From the IMG/VR virus record IMGVR_UViG_3300003797_000002: a DNA stretch of 64,000 bases. The stretch is one strand, 5' to 3'. Below, piece after piece: positions 34,650 through 43,820 of the stretch. The notes beneath the pieces were generated by a model. The model saw only the letters and a program-made list of their open reading frames with translations. It was not told the DNA's origin and did not search any database. This DNA comes from a virus. The position numbers were made by a program, and so were the translations under genes. Numbering within the stretch: position 1 is the stretch's first letter; each line of letters begins with the position of its first letter.

Positions 34650-35267
34650 ATGTCCAATCGTTTTGTAATCTCTGACACTCACTTTGGGCACACCAACTCG
34701 TGGGAAAAGTTCAAGCTACCAAACGGCGATCCGCTGCGCTCGTTCACTTCCACTGAGGAAATGGATGAAGCGATGGTAGAGCGTTGGAACGCTAAGGTCG
34801 GTCCTAATGACACGGTGTATCATCTGGGCGATGTTGTTATCAATCGCAAGTCGTTGCATCATGTCAAGCGCCTGAACGGTAAGAAGCGTTTGATTCTCGG
34901 CAATCATGATATCTTTAAGAATCAGGATTACCGTGATGTTGGCTTTGATACACTGTATGGTGTTCGGGTGTTTGTGGACCAGTTCATTTTGAGCCATATT
35001 CCGCTGCATCCTGATTGTGTGTCTGGTCGATTCCGTGTCAATGTGCATGGACACCTTCATGCGAATGAGGTGCAGTGGCGTCCACTAAATGCCATGAATA
35101 CGCTGGCGCGTGAACCTGATCCTCGCTACCTGTGTGTCTCTGTTGAACACACCAACTATGAACCGCTGTCTTTTGAAGAAGTGGAAGCACGTATTCAGAA
35201 GCGTTGGGCTGATACTGGTTATGCACCTGTTGCTAGGGCTTGGGGTAATGGAAGTGGACCAAACTAA
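34650..35267 (+). CDS. calcineurin-like metallophosphoesterase
   Basis: ISDTHFGH, HLGDVV, LGNHD, SHIPLH, VHGHLH motif series. Confidence 0.85.
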   Translation: MSNRFVISDTHFGHTNSWEKFKLPNGDPLRSFTSTEEMDEAMVERWNAKVGPNDTVYHLGDVVINRKSLHHVKRLNGKKRLILGNHDIFKNQDYRDVGFDTLYGVRVFVDQFILSHIPLHPDCVSGRFRVNVHGHLHANEVQWRPLNAMNTLAREPDPRYLCVSVEHTNYEPLSFEEVEARIQKRWADTGYAPVARAWGNGSGPN

Positions 35268-35440
35268 TGATTGACTGGTCAGAAATGTTGCATGTGCGTA
35301 AGCCAACCTCACAAGAGAAGGCACTTTATAATCGCTGGCGACTATACTTTAAAACTTGGTGCCCAGAATACGATGAAGAGAAGGTTCACAAATATTGTTC
35401 CCGTAATGCAGAAGTAGGCGAGGAACCACCAGATGCCTGA
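35267..35440 (+). CDS. small hypothetical protein (57 aa)
   Basis: TAATG junction; below ORF-track cutoff. Confidence 0.4.
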   Translation: MIDWSEMLHVRKPTSQEKALYNRWRLYFKTWCPEYDEEKVHKYCSRNAEVGEEPPDA

Positions 35441-35618
35441 TAACTTTTCTGATAAAACACTAGATATCGCTCTTGCGAAAACTGGAGAAGCTGTCGAACT
35501 GGCTTATGCTATCTATTGCTTAATCACCGGTGGTGATCCTGAAGACGCAGCATTTCTGCTTGAACAGTATGGTTACACAGATGAGAACGGTGACTGGAAG
35601 TATGATGAAGATCAATAA
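35433..35618 (+). CDS. small acidic hypothetical protein
   Basis: ATGCCTGA overlap junction. Confidence 0.45.
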   Translation: MPDNFSDKTLDIALAKTGEAVELAYAIYCLITGGDPEDAAFLLEQYGYTDENGDWKYDEDQ

Positions 35619-35784
35619 GAAAGCAGCACTTGCAACCATAAAGTTTTGGTTGTTCATCATTGCTATGGTTCTTGTTTTTTTATTGTGCTTCAAATATCCT
35701 GATATCGCCCTGCCTTTTCTCTTGACAGTTTGGTTTATTTTTGTTACACATTGCGTATACAAGATGTACGAAAGGTCTCTGTAA
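35602..35784 (+). CDS. small membrane protein
   Basis: ATG 35602/35605; two hydrophobic helices. Confidence 0.45.
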   Translation: MMKINKKAALATIKFWLFIIAMVLVFLLCFKYPDIALPFLLTVWFIFVTHCVYKMYERSL

Positions 35785-36321
35785 GTGAATATCTTCTATG
35801 TGGATCAAGATCCCATCATCGCTGCACAATGTCTTGTTGATAAACATTGCGTCAAGATGATCGTTGAGACGGCACAACTGTTGTCTACTGCACATCGCAT
35901 TCTTGACGGTGATGAGTATGTTGGTGAATCTAAAACTGGTCGTAAAGCAAAGCGTTGGCGATTAAATGATGGTCGTCAAGATGTTTTGTATTCTGCTAGT
36001 CATATCAATCACCCTTCTGCTGTGTGGGTGCGACAGTCGGTAGAAAACTACAACTGGCTTGTTGACCACATGTTTGCTCTTGGTGATGAGTACACTTATC
36101 GTTACGGCAAGAAGCATTCGACAATCGAAAAGCTTGGTTATCAGTTGCAGTCTCCACCTTACAAGTTGAAAGAATGGGACTGGACTCCAATGCCTTGCTG
36201 TATGCCAGACGAATACAAAGTGTCAGATGATCCTGTATTGAACTATCGCGAATACTACAAGATTGGTAAAGCAAATCTTCACAAGTGGACTAAGCGTGAT
36301 GCACCAGATTGGATGTCATAA
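35785..36321 (+). CDS. conserved protein of the MNIF..D.DP..AAQ..DKH..KM..E.AQLL family (possibly pyrimidine-dimer glycosylase-like)
   Basis: N-terminal pattern recalled from a widespread phage/bacterial family; function assignment uncertain. Confidence 0.35.
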   Translation: MNIFYVDQDPIIAAQCLVDKHCVKMIVETAQLLSTAHRILDGDEYVGESKTGRKAKRWRLNDGRQDVLYSASHINHPSAVWVRQSVENYNWLVDHMFALGDEYTYRYGKKHSTIEKLGYQLQSPPYKLKEWDWTPMPCCMPDEYKVSDDPVLNYREYYKIGKANLHKWTKRDAPDWMS

Positions 36322-36343
36322 ATACTCCTAAAAGGAGAATGAC

Positions 36344-37087
36344 ATGGTGGCCCAACAGGGATTTCAATACGAAATAAATGCATGTGATCTGTTGAAAAAA
36401 TATGGATTTGTGCCTAGTAACTTCAGACCAGCCGGTGCCGGACACAATCAACCCGATCTAATGCTTCTCTATAAAGGTAAAGAAGCAGGATGTGAGTTGA
36501 AGATTTCTGCTGCATCGGCTGGTTCTTTGGTTTTAAAGTACAACTCAAACAATAAATCAAATCCTTGGGGTTTTTCTGATATATCTGAGCAAGATGAAGA
36601 AAAGATTTTCATAAAAAATCTAGCAAATGATATTAAACTTTTCGATCTAATCAAACAATATTGGAAAGAAGTTCCTTATAAAAGAGACAAAGATGCTCTC
36701 TGGATGGCCACTGCCGGTAAACTATCAAAGAAGCAAGTATACGAAAGAGACCGCGACACCTTCAAAGATATAAGGGGCGAAATACCTGCCAGTAAAATCG
36801 AACAGTATTATAATAAGAAAAACACATACTATGTTAATGTGGGAACACACGGATTTTATCTGATGGGATCTAGAAATCCATTAGGACTAAAAGATGTTCC
36901 AAGATTTGGTTCTTCAGCAAAAGCAACATATAGAGCAAGAGTTCAATATAAGGGATCTGATAACTATCAGTTTACTTTTGAAATGCAGTTCTCTATATCA
37001 TCAAAGTCTACTTACAACATTGCGCCTGTTGATGGTAAGTCAGTAAAGATACAAGAGAACAAACTTAACTTGTCTTGCTTTATATAA
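36344..37087 (+). CDS. PD-(D/E)XK-fold nuclease-like protein
   Basis: QPDLMLLYKGKEAGCELK gives a D..ExK arrangement. Confidence 0.4.
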   Translation: MVAQQGFQYEINACDLLKKYGFVPSNFRPAGAGHNQPDLMLLYKGKEAGCELKISAASAGSLVLKYNSNNKSNPWGFSDISEQDEEKIFIKNLANDIKLFDLIKQYWKEVPYKRDKDALWMATAGKLSKKQVYERDRDTFKDIRGEIPASKIEQYYNKKNTYYVNVGTHGFYLMGSRNPLGLKDVPRFGSSAKATYRARVQYKGSDNYQFTFEMQFSISSKSTYNIAPVDGKSVKIQENKLNLSCFI

Positions 37088-37090
37088 ATA
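37083..37090 (+). promoter_or_regulatory. T4-type late promoter motif TATAAATA
   Basis: Exact motif 27 nt before ATG 37117. Confidence 0.5.
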
Positions 37091-37116
37091 CAACATAATC
37101 CAGCAATCAAGGCATA

Positions 37117-38280
37117 ATGATGATCAACTTCCTATCATTCTTATCAGAAGCAGTAGAACACATCGGTGGTATCCAACATATTGAGCATCCGTCAGACAGA
37201 ACTTTCGATGGACCAGAAGCAGCAAAACATGCGGTAGACACGCTACGTGGTGCAGCAACAGGAACTGCTCCAATCTCACGTAAGATTGACGATAAGATGT
37301 CATACAATGTCATCAAGACTCCTGATGGTCGCGTTGGTGTAAAATACAAGGGCAAAGGTTCGCATTACAACTTCACCAGCGAAGATGTCGATACACAGCA
37401 TGGGCACAAGCCATATCTTGCTCATCCTCTGAAGCTATTACTAGAGCATCTACCAAAAGTCCTACCTGATCGCCCAGGCGAGTGGCAGGGTGGTTATATG
37501 AGCGATCCATCAATGAGAACAATCTCAAATGGTCGTATCTCACATCAACCAAACACAATCGAATATTCTGTACCAACAGACACGAAAGAGGGGCAGAAGC
37601 TTCGCAACTCTAAAGTCTCTACAGTTATTCACAGCGAACTTACAGGTCCGAACAGGGAAGCACATCCTGTTACGGACCTTTCTGAGTTTAAAGAGAATCC
37701 AGACGTTCACATGGTGAGTCATCTAGTATCACACGATGAACAACATGGCATTGATCCTGTTGCAAAGCGTCAAGCATTGACACATCTAGACCGCGCTGAA
37801 AAGCTAATGAAGAACCACACCTATGATCATTTAGCTGGTCACGAGATTCCACTTCGCACTTATATCAACTCAACAGTATCGTCTGGTGAAGAGCCTACGG
37901 TTGAAGGATATAAAGAGCATCTTGGTCGTTCTCATCAAAAGAAAATCGATGCTGTTAAGATGCAAAAGACCAAAGAAGCTAAGACAGCCGAACGCGATGC
38001 TGCAATGAAACACGTTGAAGAGAATGCAAAGTCTTTTGGTAAGTCGCTAAAGATTCATGGGCACGTTCAAAATGCTACCAACATTCTAGCAAGAGCATTG
38101 GCCAAGTCTGCACATGGCGGATATGGGCACGCGATTGAAGGCAAAGAAACTGGACCAGAAGGTTTCGTTTCAAACGGGCTAAAGATCGTTGATCGTGGTG
38201 AAGGTGGCTTCAGTCAAGCGAATCGTGCAAGAAGTGCCATCCTCAAGGCTTCCCCCAAACTCTCAAAGATGGTATCATAA
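37117..38280 (+). CDS. hypothetical protein, possibly nucleotidyltransferase/ligase-like
   Basis: N-terminal IQHIEHPSD..ISRKIDDKMS..GVKYKG resembles the HLED..KxDG-type phage family; weak. Confidence 0.3.
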   Translation: MMINFLSFLSEAVEHIGGIQHIEHPSDRTFDGPEAAKHAVDTLRGAATGTAPISRKIDDKMSYNVIKTPDGRVGVKYKGKGSHYNFTSEDVDTQHGHKPYLAHPLKLLLEHLPKVLPDRPGEWQGGYMSDPSMRTISNGRISHQPNTIEYSVPTDTKEGQKLRNSKVSTVIHSELTGPNREAHPVTDLSEFKENPDVHMVSHLVSHDEQHGIDPVAKRQALTHLDRAEKLMKNHTYDHLAGHEIPLRTYINSTVSSGEEPTVEGYKEHLGRSHQKKIDAVKMQKTKEAKTAERDAAMKHVEENAKSFGKSLKIHGHVQNATNILARALAKSAHGGYGHAIEGKETGPEGFVSNGLKIVDRGEGGFSQANRARSAILKASPKLSKMVS

Positions 38281-38281
38281 C

Positions 38282-39097
38282 ATGGGCGATTTTTACGATA
38301 AGATTACAAAGAGAATCGAAGCTGCCAAGGGCACACAGTCTGCTATTCAAGCTGGTGCAACTATGACTGGTTCTCAGCCAAATCAGATTCTAATCAATCC
38401 AGACGTTCAACTTCGTACCGAAGCTGCTGATCCTGATATGTTTCGCAAGCATCATACACTGTTCTGGGGTCGTGCAAATCCACCACATGCTGGGCATGAA
38501 GCAGCATATGATGTTGTCAAAAAAACAGCAAAGAAGAATGGTGGCACATCATCGATGGTTCTTACACGATCACAAGATCCAAAGAAGAACCCATTGACAC
38601 CAGCACAAAAGGAAGAACATGCTAAGGCTGCTTTCCCTGATGTGAATACTTCTGTAACAGATAAAGAGCATCCTACACTAATGCACCACTTATCAAAACT
38701 ACACGAGAATGGTGTTACTGATCTACATCTAGTTGCTGGTTCTGATCGTATTCCAGAATATCAGAGATTGCTTGGCCAATACAATGGTGTTCATGGCAAT
38801 CATGGATACTACAACTTCAAGACAATCAATATCCATTCGTCTGGTGATCGCGATCCAGACGCTGAAGGCGTTGCTGGTATCTCTGCATCGGTCATGCGCG
38901 CACACGCTGGTGCTGGTCGCCAGAAAGAGTTTGAAGCTGGTGCGCCATCTGCAATGAAGCCAGAACAAAGAACAAAGATGTATAATGACGTTCGCGCTGG
39001 CATGGCTGCTGGTAAGGGCAAGAAGGGTCTGAAAGAAAGCATGGAAGACTGTGATATCTGCGGCAGAACAGGATGCTTGGTTCATAGAAGAAAGTAA
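38282..39097 (+). CDS. nucleotidyltransferase of the HxGH/ISxxxxR (cytidylyl/adenylyltransferase) superfamily
   Basis: FWGRANPPHAGHEAAY and GISASVMRAH motifs; C-terminal CDICGRTGC. Confidence 0.55.
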   Translation: MGDFYDKITKRIEAAKGTQSAIQAGATMTGSQPNQILINPDVQLRTEAADPDMFRKHHTLFWGRANPPHAGHEAAYDVVKKTAKKNGGTSSMVLTRSQDPKKNPLTPAQKEEHAKAAFPDVNTSVTDKEHPTLMHHLSKLHENGVTDLHLVAGSDRIPEYQRLLGQYNGVHGNHGYYNFKTINIHSSGDRDPDAEGVAGISASVMRAHAGAGRQKEFEAGAPSAMKPEQRTKMYNDVRAGMAAGKGKKGLKESMEDCDICGRTGCLVHRRK

Positions 39098-39102
39098 TAA
39101 TC

Positions 39103-40236
39103 ATGGACAAAATGCCGATCAAACCACCTACAAGGGTGAATAAGCCATTAGATAATCGTGCCAAACCAATGCTAAAGACTGGATCTATTGGCAACAATCC
39201 AGGATTTCAAAGTAAACCGGCGGTCAATACATTATCGAGGGCCGTCACATATCAGAATCAGTCTATCCACAAGGACATTGGCGGCAACAAAGATCGAGCA
39301 AAAGTAGCAAAACTTGGCGCAAAGATCGTTGTCGATAATGCAAAACGTGCTGCTGAAGCGGCCGCGAAACGTGCCAAAGCAGAAACTATGCATGACAAGC
39401 AACAGGTTCAAGCTGGACAACTACATCAACGTTCTATTGGTTATGCTAATGCTTCTAGAACCAATCCTGCACGACCAGCAAATCCACAGAATGCAGGTTC
39501 ACGAAATCAATTTGAAGAAGTAAAGCCAAAGAAGTACAAGAAAGCACCAAACTACAAAGATAAGCAGATCATGGGGCTTAATGCCACTTTTGGTGGTAAC
39601 AATCAGAGTCAAGGAGATACAACAGGCGTGACTACAAATCCATACGAAAGTGCCCGATACAACATTCCTTTTGATCGTGCTGACTCAGACGATAAGCCTA
39701 TTGGTCTAGACAAAGACCTCGAATCAAAAGACACCACAAAGCAACTGAAGCGCCGCAAAGCCATGAAGTTGGTGAAAGCTTATGTCGATGAAGAAGGCAT
39801 TGGCGGTGAAGGCACTTCAGGTGGTTGGGGAGCAGAGAATGCTGGTGACCCAGGTGCTTCTGCTAGTGGTGGTCAGAACTATACACTAGCAAAGAATGCA
39901 AACTCTAAAGGCTACAAGAAAGCCAAGACATTCAAGGCGATGAAAGAATCGCTTTTTTCTGAAATGGGTTTCGATGGCATCTCTGGTGCAACTGATGCAA
40001 GCCCAAATCAAGACGAAATAAATACTGGTACTATCGGACAGCCATTGACGATTGACTCAGCCATCAGCAATGAGAAGCGCAAAGCCAAGAAAAAGGCAGT
40101 CAAAGAGGAAATCGAAGTATCACTTGGAACCACAGGGAAACGCAAGAAAGTGTTTTCATCAAAAGTTCCTATTCGTATGGCAGACGGTTCTATTAAATCA
40201 TTACCACCTGGTAAAAGTGGAAGTTCAGGGCATTAA
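39103..40236 (+). CDS. Lys/Ala/Gly/Asn-rich protein (virion-internal or scaffold-like?)
   Basis: Low-complexity basic composition in a late-promoter-driven block. Confidence 0.4.
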   Translation: MDKMPIKPPTRVNKPLDNRAKPMLKTGSIGNNPGFQSKPAVNTLSRAVTYQNQSIHKDIGGNKDRAKVAKLGAKIVVDNAKRAAEAAAKRAKAETMHDKQQVQAGQLHQRSIGYANASRTNPARPANPQNAGSRNQFEEVKPKKYKKAPNYKDKQIMGLNATFGGNNQSQGDTTGVTTNPYESARYNIPFDRADSDDKPIGLDKDLESKDTTKQLKRRKAMKLVKAYVDEEGIGGEGTSGGWGAENAGDPGASASGGQNYTLAKNANSKGYKKAKTFKAMKESLFSEMGFDGISGATDASPNQDEINTGTIGQPLTIDSAISNEKRKAKKKAVKEEIEVSLGTTGKRKKVFSSKVPIRMADGSIKSLPPGKSGSSGH

Positions 40237-40238
40237 TA

Positions 40239-42227
40239 GTGAATGAGAAAGAGAAAAAACTTCTGAATAATCTATCTAGACTTCTGGGCAATCCAGAAGT
40301 TTCAGAAAGTGCATTTAAGCAGATTGAAGAAGCGGCTGCAAAGAAAGAGAAAGAGCGCAAACTATTAGAACAGTTTGAGAATGCTCTACTTGGCATCCAA
40401 ATCAAACCAACGGAAAAGCAAAACGAAACACTTCACAACTCTCTTGTTGATAGCATGGAAGAGTTTGTGGAGCCTATTGTCGTTGAAGATACATTTGCTG
40501 ACATAAAGAACGCTAACTCTAGAGAAGTCACTGTTCCTAACTCTCAGGCTACTCCAGTACAACCACAGCCTGTATTGCCTGATAGTTTCATAAACAAAGT
40601 GGCAGACACAATCACTAAGACTGCAAAGAAGTCTGAAGGACCAGAAGTAGTCAAGGTTGATCCTGTTCGTGCTGAAATCCAGCAAATGAAACAGTCGATC
40701 ACTGATCTACATTCATTTGCATCCCGCATGTCACAAATGGGAGGCGGTGGTGAAGTCAATCTTCGCTATCTAGATGACATCGACAAGTCAACTTTTGTCA
40801 ATAACTATTTTCTAAGTTACAGTTCAAGTACCAATAACTTTTTGTTCGCTAATGTTACAACTGCGGTTGATTGGTTACACATACCTTCAAGTATAAATCC
40901 CGATGTTTCACTAGCCCATTCTCTAGGAAACAACACCAATCGTTGGGAATCTTTGTGGGTTGGTTCTAACTCTATCACTTTCTCTGATACTCTTGGTGGA
41001 CCTGACCAAGTTCTGTCTCTCGCGAATCAAGTATTCTATATCACACAAGGTTCAGGATCTAACACCACATTTAACGCAAACGCTGGCTTCAATGCTGGTG
41101 GTGTTATTCTACAGAACTATACCATCAGACTAGCTGATGCTCAACACGACTTTACTATCGGTTCTCCTGGTGACGGCGGTAGAATCATAATCCAAAGAAC
41201 GCTAGACATCGGTAACTCTGTAGCAAATGCTGCTGTATCTGCATTTGAAGTGGCTAACAACGGATTAACAACAATCCGTAATAATCTACAGATTATCAAT
41301 CCTATCACACAAACCAACGCTGCACCATTCACCATTCAGTCACAGCTAGGAACTCCACAAGGATTTACTGATCCTGGTGTGACGATGTATGCTATCAACT
41401 CTGCGAATGTCAGCAATCGTCTTGTTATGGACACTTATGGTAATGGTGTATACAACTCTATTGCTGGCAGAACATCAAGAGGAACAATCAGCGCACCTAC
41501 TTCTTTAGCATCAAATGATGTTATCTTACGTATTAGCGGTAATGGATATGATGGCGCAGGATTTCCTTCTACTGGAACAGCAAGGATCGACTTTGTTACA
41601 GCGGAAAACTTCTCTGTAGCAAACCAAGGGTCGTCATTAAGATTTTGGACAACACCACTAGGAACTAATACAGTTACTGTAACGATGTTAATGACATCAA
41701 ACGCAACTACAGTAAATGGAGCATTTACAGCAAATAATACGTATGTATATGGCGATCTAAGTGTTACAGGCAATACAACATCTAACAATGCTACATTCTC
41801 AGGCAACGTGGCAATATACGGAAACACGTTAGCAAACAATATTACGCTTGAAGCAAATGCAGGCATTACTTTCCCTGATAACACCACACAAAGTACTGCA
41901 TACAAAGCACCAAATGTACGAATTGATGCCGCTATATCGAATACTGTGTTAATTGACTTTGCTTCTGATAATATTATTTATGTGCATACTAATGGTGCAA
42001 CATTGACTGCTAACATTCAGAATCTAAGTTCAGGTGCTGGTAGATCAATTGAATTATTCATTTTTAATAATATTGGTGGTACTCAACAGTTCAATCATAG
42101 TCTAAGATCAGGAACACAAGCAACTGGTGGGCAGTCATTTTACTTATGTACACACAATTTAATGTATGTAAAGTACTTTTGTTTAGATGGAAATACATAT
42201 AACACATTTGTCACTGCTATTGTTTAA
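40239..42227 (+). CDS. tail-fibre-like structural protein
   Basis: Charged coiled N-terminus, then long Thr/Asn/Gly/Ser-rich beta-type repeats. Confidence 0.5.
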   Translation: MNEKEKKLLNNLSRLLGNPEVSESAFKQIEEAAAKKEKERKLLEQFENALLGIQIKPTEKQNETLHNSLVDSMEEFVEPIVVEDTFADIKNANSREVTVPNSQATPVQPQPVLPDSFINKVADTITKTAKKSEGPEVVKVDPVRAEIQQMKQSITDLHSFASRMSQMGGGGEVNLRYLDDIDKSTFVNNYFLSYSSSTNNFLFANVTTAVDWLHIPSSINPDVSLAHSLGNNTNRWESLWVGSNSITFSDTLGGPDQVLSLANQVFYITQGSGSNTTFNANAGFNAGGVILQNYTIRLADAQHDFTIGSPGDGGRIIIQRTLDIGNSVANAAVSAFEVANNGLTTIRNNLQIINPITQTNAAPFTIQSQLGTPQGFTDPGVTMYAINSANVSNRLVMDTYGNGVYNSIAGRTSRGTISAPTSLASNDVILRISGNGYDGAGFPSTGTARIDFVTAENFSVANQGSSLRFWTTPLGTNTVTVTMLMTSNATTVNGAFTANNTYVYGDLSVTGNTTSNNATFSGNVAIYGNTLANNITLEANAGITFPDNTTQSTAYKAPNVRIDAAISNTVLIDFASDNIIYVHTNGATLTANIQNLSSGAGRSIELFIFNNIGGTQQFNHSLRSGTQATGGQSFYLCTHNLMYVKYFCLDGNTYNTFVTAIV

Positions 42228-42318
42228 TCCAACTATAATCAATCCCAAAGACCAAAGTAGTATTTTGCAAATACGGTATATATTCCTGCTATACGTATTC
42301 AGTATGCCTAACTAGAAG

Positions 42319-42326
42319 TATAAATA
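42319..42326 (+). promoter_or_regulatory. T4-type late promoter motif TATAAATA
   Basis: Exact motif 19 nt before ATG 42345. Confidence 0.5.
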
Positions 42327-42344
42327 ATAGAAACAGGAAATGTA

Positions 42345-42731
42345 ATGAAAACATATCTAGGATACATCATCGAGGAAAGTGAAGTTGCTTCTATTCCTGC
42401 TGGTCCACAAGGCCAGCAAGGGCAACCACAACCTAAACAGGATGTGTTAAAGAATCCTTCTCTTATGTACAATGACAGAAACGGCGCATTCAATGCGGCT
42501 TCGAAGATGGCTTCAGAGCAAACCAATCCAGATGATCGTGCATATGTTCTCTCTTATAGAGACTACCAACAAGCACACGTTAAACAGTTTGTCGTCATAT
42601 ATAATAAGACCCTACTTTCGCAAGCACCCGACTGGAAAGAAAGAGGCTACTCGATTATCGGTTGGGTTTCTATCAAAGATGGTAAAGTAACCAAAACACC
42701 CGACGGCAGATATGTAAAGGAACAACAATGA
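42345..42731 (+). CDS. hypothetical protein
   Basis: ORF after a late-promoter motif. Confidence 0.5.
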   Translation: MKTYLGYIIEESEVASIPAGPQGQQGQPQPKQDVLKNPSLMYNDRNGAFNAASKMASEQTNPDDRAYVLSYRDYQQAHVKQFVVIYNKTLLSQAPDWKERGYSIIGWVSIKDGKVTKTPDGRYVKEQQ

Positions 42732-43168
42732 CAACACTGATAGATTCTTTGAAAGTAGCATTAGCAGATGCTTTTGCGTTTTATTTAAAGTCACACAACT
42801 ATCACTTTAATGTAATAGGAAACAACTTCTATGAATATCACACATTTCTAGAAAAGATATACACTCAAGTATTCGAAGAGTTTGATTCTATCGGTGAAAA
42901 GATCAGAACACTAAACGAATACACACCAGCATCCTTTACTCGGTTTATAGAGTTAACTAATATTGATGATGCACTTACTGTTCCTTCTAGCCAAAGAATG
43001 TTTGAAACACTGCACGAAGATAATCTAATACTTACACAATCTCTAGAAACTGCATATCATGCGGCTGAACTTGCTGGTGAAATAGGAATCAGCAACTTCC
43101 TTCAAGATTTGGTTGACAAACACAATAAACTATCTTGGATGTTAAAGGCAACCATATCTACGATCTGA
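42728..43168 (+). CDS. dps: Dps/ferritin-like DNA-protection protein
   Basis: LADAFAFYLKSHNYHFNVIGNNFYEYHTFLEKIY..EFDSIGEKIR typical Dps ferroxidase-site pattern. Confidence 0.75.
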   Translation: MTTLIDSLKVALADAFAFYLKSHNYHFNVIGNNFYEYHTFLEKIYTQVFEEFDSIGEKIRTLNEYTPASFTRFIELTNIDDALTVPSSQRMFETLHEDNLILTQSLETAYHAAELAGEIGISNFLQDLVDKHNKLSWMLKATISTI

Positions 43169-43820
43169 TCTTCATTTTACACTTATCGCCATGATGTTTT
43201 GCAAAGTTACCAGGATCGAGATAGTTTAAACAATGAGGACATTCTTTTTTCTTCAGAAACGGATGAGTTCCATCTTTGAATCTTTTACGGTTCATTTCAC
43301 CACCCAATAAATGGTGTGTTCCATTTTCTACTCTTTTTTTATTAGATTGTCTCTGTATTTCACCACCTAGAAATGGATGTGTGCCTTCTTCTACTCTTTT
43401 GTTGTTTATATCGCTTCCTAGAAAGTGGTGAGTTCCTTCTTCTATACGTTTTCTTTGAACTTCACCACCTAAAAAGTTGTGTGTTCCATTTTGAATCTTT
43501 TCTTTATTCCATCTTTTATGATTTTCTTTATCCAAAAAAGGATGTGTACCATCTTCAAGCCTTTTTGTTTGAACAAGCTTGGCCAAGTTAGACTTTTCTT
43601 CTGCACTAATGGACATTCTCTGTGAGATACGTAAACAGGCTGCCCAATCGTTTTGAGAATAATGTATGTTATAGTGTTCTTGTATCGTTATGCAAACTAA
43701 GTTGGAAATATCGTTGTTCTTACGATTGCCGTCTATATGATGAATCTCGTATGATCTACCATTCTCATCTTTAGGAATGGGACCGAAATGACGAGTCCAG
43801 ATTCTGCGATAAATATTCAT
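43158..43820 (-). mobile_element. free-standing HNH homing endonuclease with six tandem GTHxFL repeats
   Basis: YEIHHIDGNRKNNDISNL..H HNH core. Repeats DGTHPFL, NGTHNFLGG, EGTHHFLGS, EGTHPFLGG, NGTHHLLGG, DGTHPFL. 3' end overlaps the dps stop. Confidence 0.8.
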
